A DNA stretch of 35,608 bases, from the NCBI GenBank assembly GCA_030867685.1, contig JAQOWU010000007.1, forward strand, positions 2,604,001 to 2,639,608, given 5' to 3'. Positions 32,835 through 35,608 of the stretch are shown here, piece by piece; within the stretch, counting starts at the first letter, position 1; every line of letters begins with the position of its first letter. This DNA is from Wickerhamiella versatilis (lineage: Eukaryota). Below the pieces are notes generated by a model. It was given only the letters and a program-made list of their open reading frames with translations. It was not told the origin of the DNA and did not search any database. Made by a program: the position numbers and the translations under genes.

Positions 32835-33962
32835 TCAATTAGCCCAAAATCCCCTTGGTATTGCATAGTGCTCCGCAAATAAGAAATAGCTATAAGTGAA
32901 TATGACTCCGCAGGAACCTCCAGTTGCAATGTCAGTTATAGCCATATCTAACTGCTGTTTTGATGGTATTTTACCAGCCATCGTAGTTATACTTGCAAGG
33001 ATTACTTTGACAACGAATACCGAGATAAATGGGGTCAAGTAAGCCCGCCAATGCCAGTGGAAACCGCTAGTAGAAATACCATGTTTTGCACCAAGGATTC
33101 CGAGTATTCCACAAGCAGCTATGTGAATCCAGCTTGTACATGAAGCAAGTAGGTGTGAAATACATGTCTCAGTTCGAATAACTTGATTGAAGAAGCATAC
33201 GACAAGAGTAACCAGGACAACTGGCTTTTCCTTTAACAGCGGCATGATTATAGTTTTCTTCTTGCTTGTAACCGATGGTTTAGTAGTATTGACTTGCAAC
33301 CTAGCTACCCGTAAAGCAATAGGCATTTGTATCAAAAGCGAAAAACCAGCTAAAGAAAGGATTGATACCGTTTTAATCAGTACTGTAAATACCGTAGGTA
33401 TTCTCATTTCAGCATTCGAAAAATATATTGAAAGTATATGAAGTAGAACATTCACTACAAAGGTTCCCAGAATGATGTTGCGATGCCCTTCCCCTCCAGA
33501 TGCCTTGTAGACAAGTGTTAATACAGCTGGGATGATAGCCGTCCTGGAGATAAAGGTAATCAAGTGTAAAGATATTAAAGCCAAATAAAGTAGTATGGAG
33601 ATAGTTAGTGATCTTTGGTGATCAATCCAAAACCCCAACCATGCTTTTACCGGAGATAATAATTCAGTAAACAAGTTACATGATCCAATTCCTACTGCAG
33701 ATGCGAACAATGCTTGAAAATGGTCAACAGGTTGGCAGCGAATATCTAATATCCGCAAAAATCCATTCTTGAAGGCCACTGGGTCGTTAAACCCACTTCG
33801 TTCATGTATATATATAAGGAGAAGCACGAGCATCCCTGAAAATAAGGACACGATACCGATTGTAGCCATAGGAGTAAGCTGTAGTAGACACTCCTCGTCT
33901 GTTCTCTGATGCTGGTTAGACCATGAGAATACCCATTTGTCCGATTCACCAGTCACAGACAT
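32835..33962 (-). CDS. Hypothetical multi-pass membrane protein
   Basis: 375-aa ORF with many hydrophobic segments; no family recognised. Confidence 0.65.
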   Translation of the reverse strand: MSVTGESDKWVFSWSNQHQRTDEECLLQLTPMATIGIVSLFSGMLVLLLIYIHERSGFNDPVAFKNGFLRILDIRCQPVDHFQALFASAVGIGSCNLFTELLSPVKAWLGFWIDHQRSLTISILLYLALISLHLITFISRTAIIPAVLTLVYKASGGEGHRNIILGTFVVNVLLHILSIYFSNAEMRIPTVFTVLIKTVSILSLAGFSLLIQMPIALRVARLQVNTTKPSVTSKKKTIIMPLLKEKPVVLVTLVVCFFNQVIRTETCISHLLASCTSWIHIAACGILGILGAKHGISTSGFHWHWRAYLTPFISVFVVKVILASITTMAGKIPSKQQLDMAITDIATGGSCGVIFTYSYFLFAEHYAIPRGFWAN

Positions 33963-34007
33963 CTGACCAAATCCCGCTCGAACACCTAATATTTATTATT
34001 AATAACA

Positions 34008-34048
34008 ACCTGAAACTGGTTGGACAATGCAAGATAGCCCACCTGAGA
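34008..34048 (+). repeat. Dispersed motif, 33-nt-period variant running into a second unit
   Basis: ACCTGAAACTGGTTGGACAATGCAAGATAGCCC-ACCTGAGA. Confidence 0.92.
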
Positions 34049-35608
34049 TCAATGTCAAGTTATACCGTACGTACGTTGTGTTCTCTATAAATAAAGGATA
34101 CACATTCACTGTTCCCTATCACGAACAGTCTTCGTATTGCCCTTTTAGCGCCATGCTTCGGTTGCTTACATATATGACGTATTACGCAATGCCACGCCTG
34201 CATTCCCCACGAATAGTCGACAACATCTTGGCATGCTTTGAGATTGTGTCGGCAATATAAATCTCTTCAGCCTATATATTATAAATGAATGATGGATTAA
34301 GATCACCCGCTTCACATTTTTCATCATACCCCAGACTTCCCCATGTGGCTTTGTCATAATTTCCATTCCTGCGACGCCGGTTGATTCTTAAAAGTCCATA
34401 GAAGTACACGGATCCCACTAAAAAGCGACCAATTAATCTTTTAGTACTTAGTCCTATCTTATAAGTTTTTGACCTTGACCAATTCGAGGCGATCTGAATT
34501 TTTTCAAACCGTGCAACATGACCACGGGATATGCGAGATTACTGCATCTTGCAATATTAATAAGTGAGAACTTCGTTCCTTACTTACTCAGCTACATTAC
34601 GTCTCATTTTGTTTCTTTGTCTTGAACAACCTAAACAATGTATGAGGGCTTGTCAATTGTGGCCACAAGCATTTATGCATGGGTTAAGCAAGGCGATCGA
34701 TCTTTCTACATGTTGCTCTATTTAATGATGATATTCAAGCATCTTTTCACCAATGACCAAGGATCTCTCACCGATGGTCATTATACAGGGAAATGGATAA
34801 ACTACGGGTGGAAAGGTTTCTTTTTACGAGTGGGTCCCATTGTATTTTCCTTATTGACAGTTTTACAAGTTTCTTTCTGTATTTTATCTGCAATACTGGT
34901 TATATTTGGCAGCGACATGCCACCTCTCGTAAATTTGCTTCTGCTCTGCGCTATGCAATTATGTGGGTACGCGTCTACTATTATTTTTATAGATATATCT
35001 GGGGGTAGTGCCGGTGCGATACGTGAAACGCTAGAATGCACGGCGTTAACTTATGTCACACTGAACGTTCTCCCTTCGGAAGTGAAAGCTGACTTGTCTT
35101 GTTGGCGCTATATTTTCTCGATCATAACCCTTTTGTGCTGTTTGTTATGGGTCGTTTCAATGATGCAAGAGAAATTTAACAGAACGTACTTAGCGGACAT
35201 CCTGCCTTTAGGAGGACTATGTGCTACTTCGGTTATAGTCATGCTGCTTAATGCGATTGGTTTCCAAGACATAACAGCCAGCAAATTCGATATGCTACTC
35301 AATATATCCAATTTCTTCTGGTCATGTATTGTTATCACTACTTCACCACTTAAAGATGGATTACATGGTGATTATAATTATAGACCATGGTATTGGTTTT
35401 CATGGCACAATGACCCACTCATGTGTGGTGTTTATTATCGTAATTCACTGCTATATTCCATTATCATATGTGTTACAACCATGTTTACATTCAATTTTTT
35501 GAGCGCTTGGCGCGATGAGTCTCAATCCCTAGAAAAAATCTCTGGAAAATATCCAGAAATAACTGTAAATCACTTTATCGGCCTGAAATATCTCATGGAA
35601 GACAAGAG

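Noticed and set aside
2511-34048. Motif array as a CRISPR locus
   Set aside because: Spacing is irregular (2 nt to several kb), copies are truncated and in both orientations, the context is eukaryotic, and there are no cas genes.
34027-34260. Short ORFs containing MQDSP or SCIVQPVS (also 2317-2592, 10510-10734, 17907-18104, 32507-32704, 11342-11590, 13030-13269)
   Set aside because: The shared peptide is just the translation of the DNA motif; the rest of each ORF is unrelated and not protein-like.

Overview
Gene-sparse, intron-free fungal (budding-yeast-like) DNA with the gene content of a subtelomeric/accessory region. It holds an ENB1-type siderophore transporter, two GPI-anchored wall proteins, two MARVEL-like proteins, a CalA-type secreted lipase, a BAHD/transferase-family acyltransferase, an aquaglyceroporin and several orphan multi-pass membrane genes. 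It also holds three bacterial-looking genes: a short UvrA-like ATPase, an SDR and a small frameshifted gene. A Wickerhamiella/Starmerella-type host is only an inference from this mix. The main unexplained structure is a non-coding motif, consensus AGATAGCCCACTTCACTACCTGAGACTGGTTGGACAATGCAAGATAGCCCACT: a 41-nt unit whose first 12 nt recur at its end. I count about 30 dispersed copies and fragments, all outside ATG-initiated genes, mostly in one orientation and present in nearly every intergenic gap. No copy exceeds about 1.3 units. One end usually falls within the 12-nt repeat, the other is variably truncated, and slippage variants give 41/36/33-nt periods. This fits single-pass copies of a long telomerase-like template inserted at DNA junctions, separating single-gene 'cassettes' that include the putative horizontally acquired genes. 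That interpretation is inference; a recombination site or a regulatory element are the alternatives.
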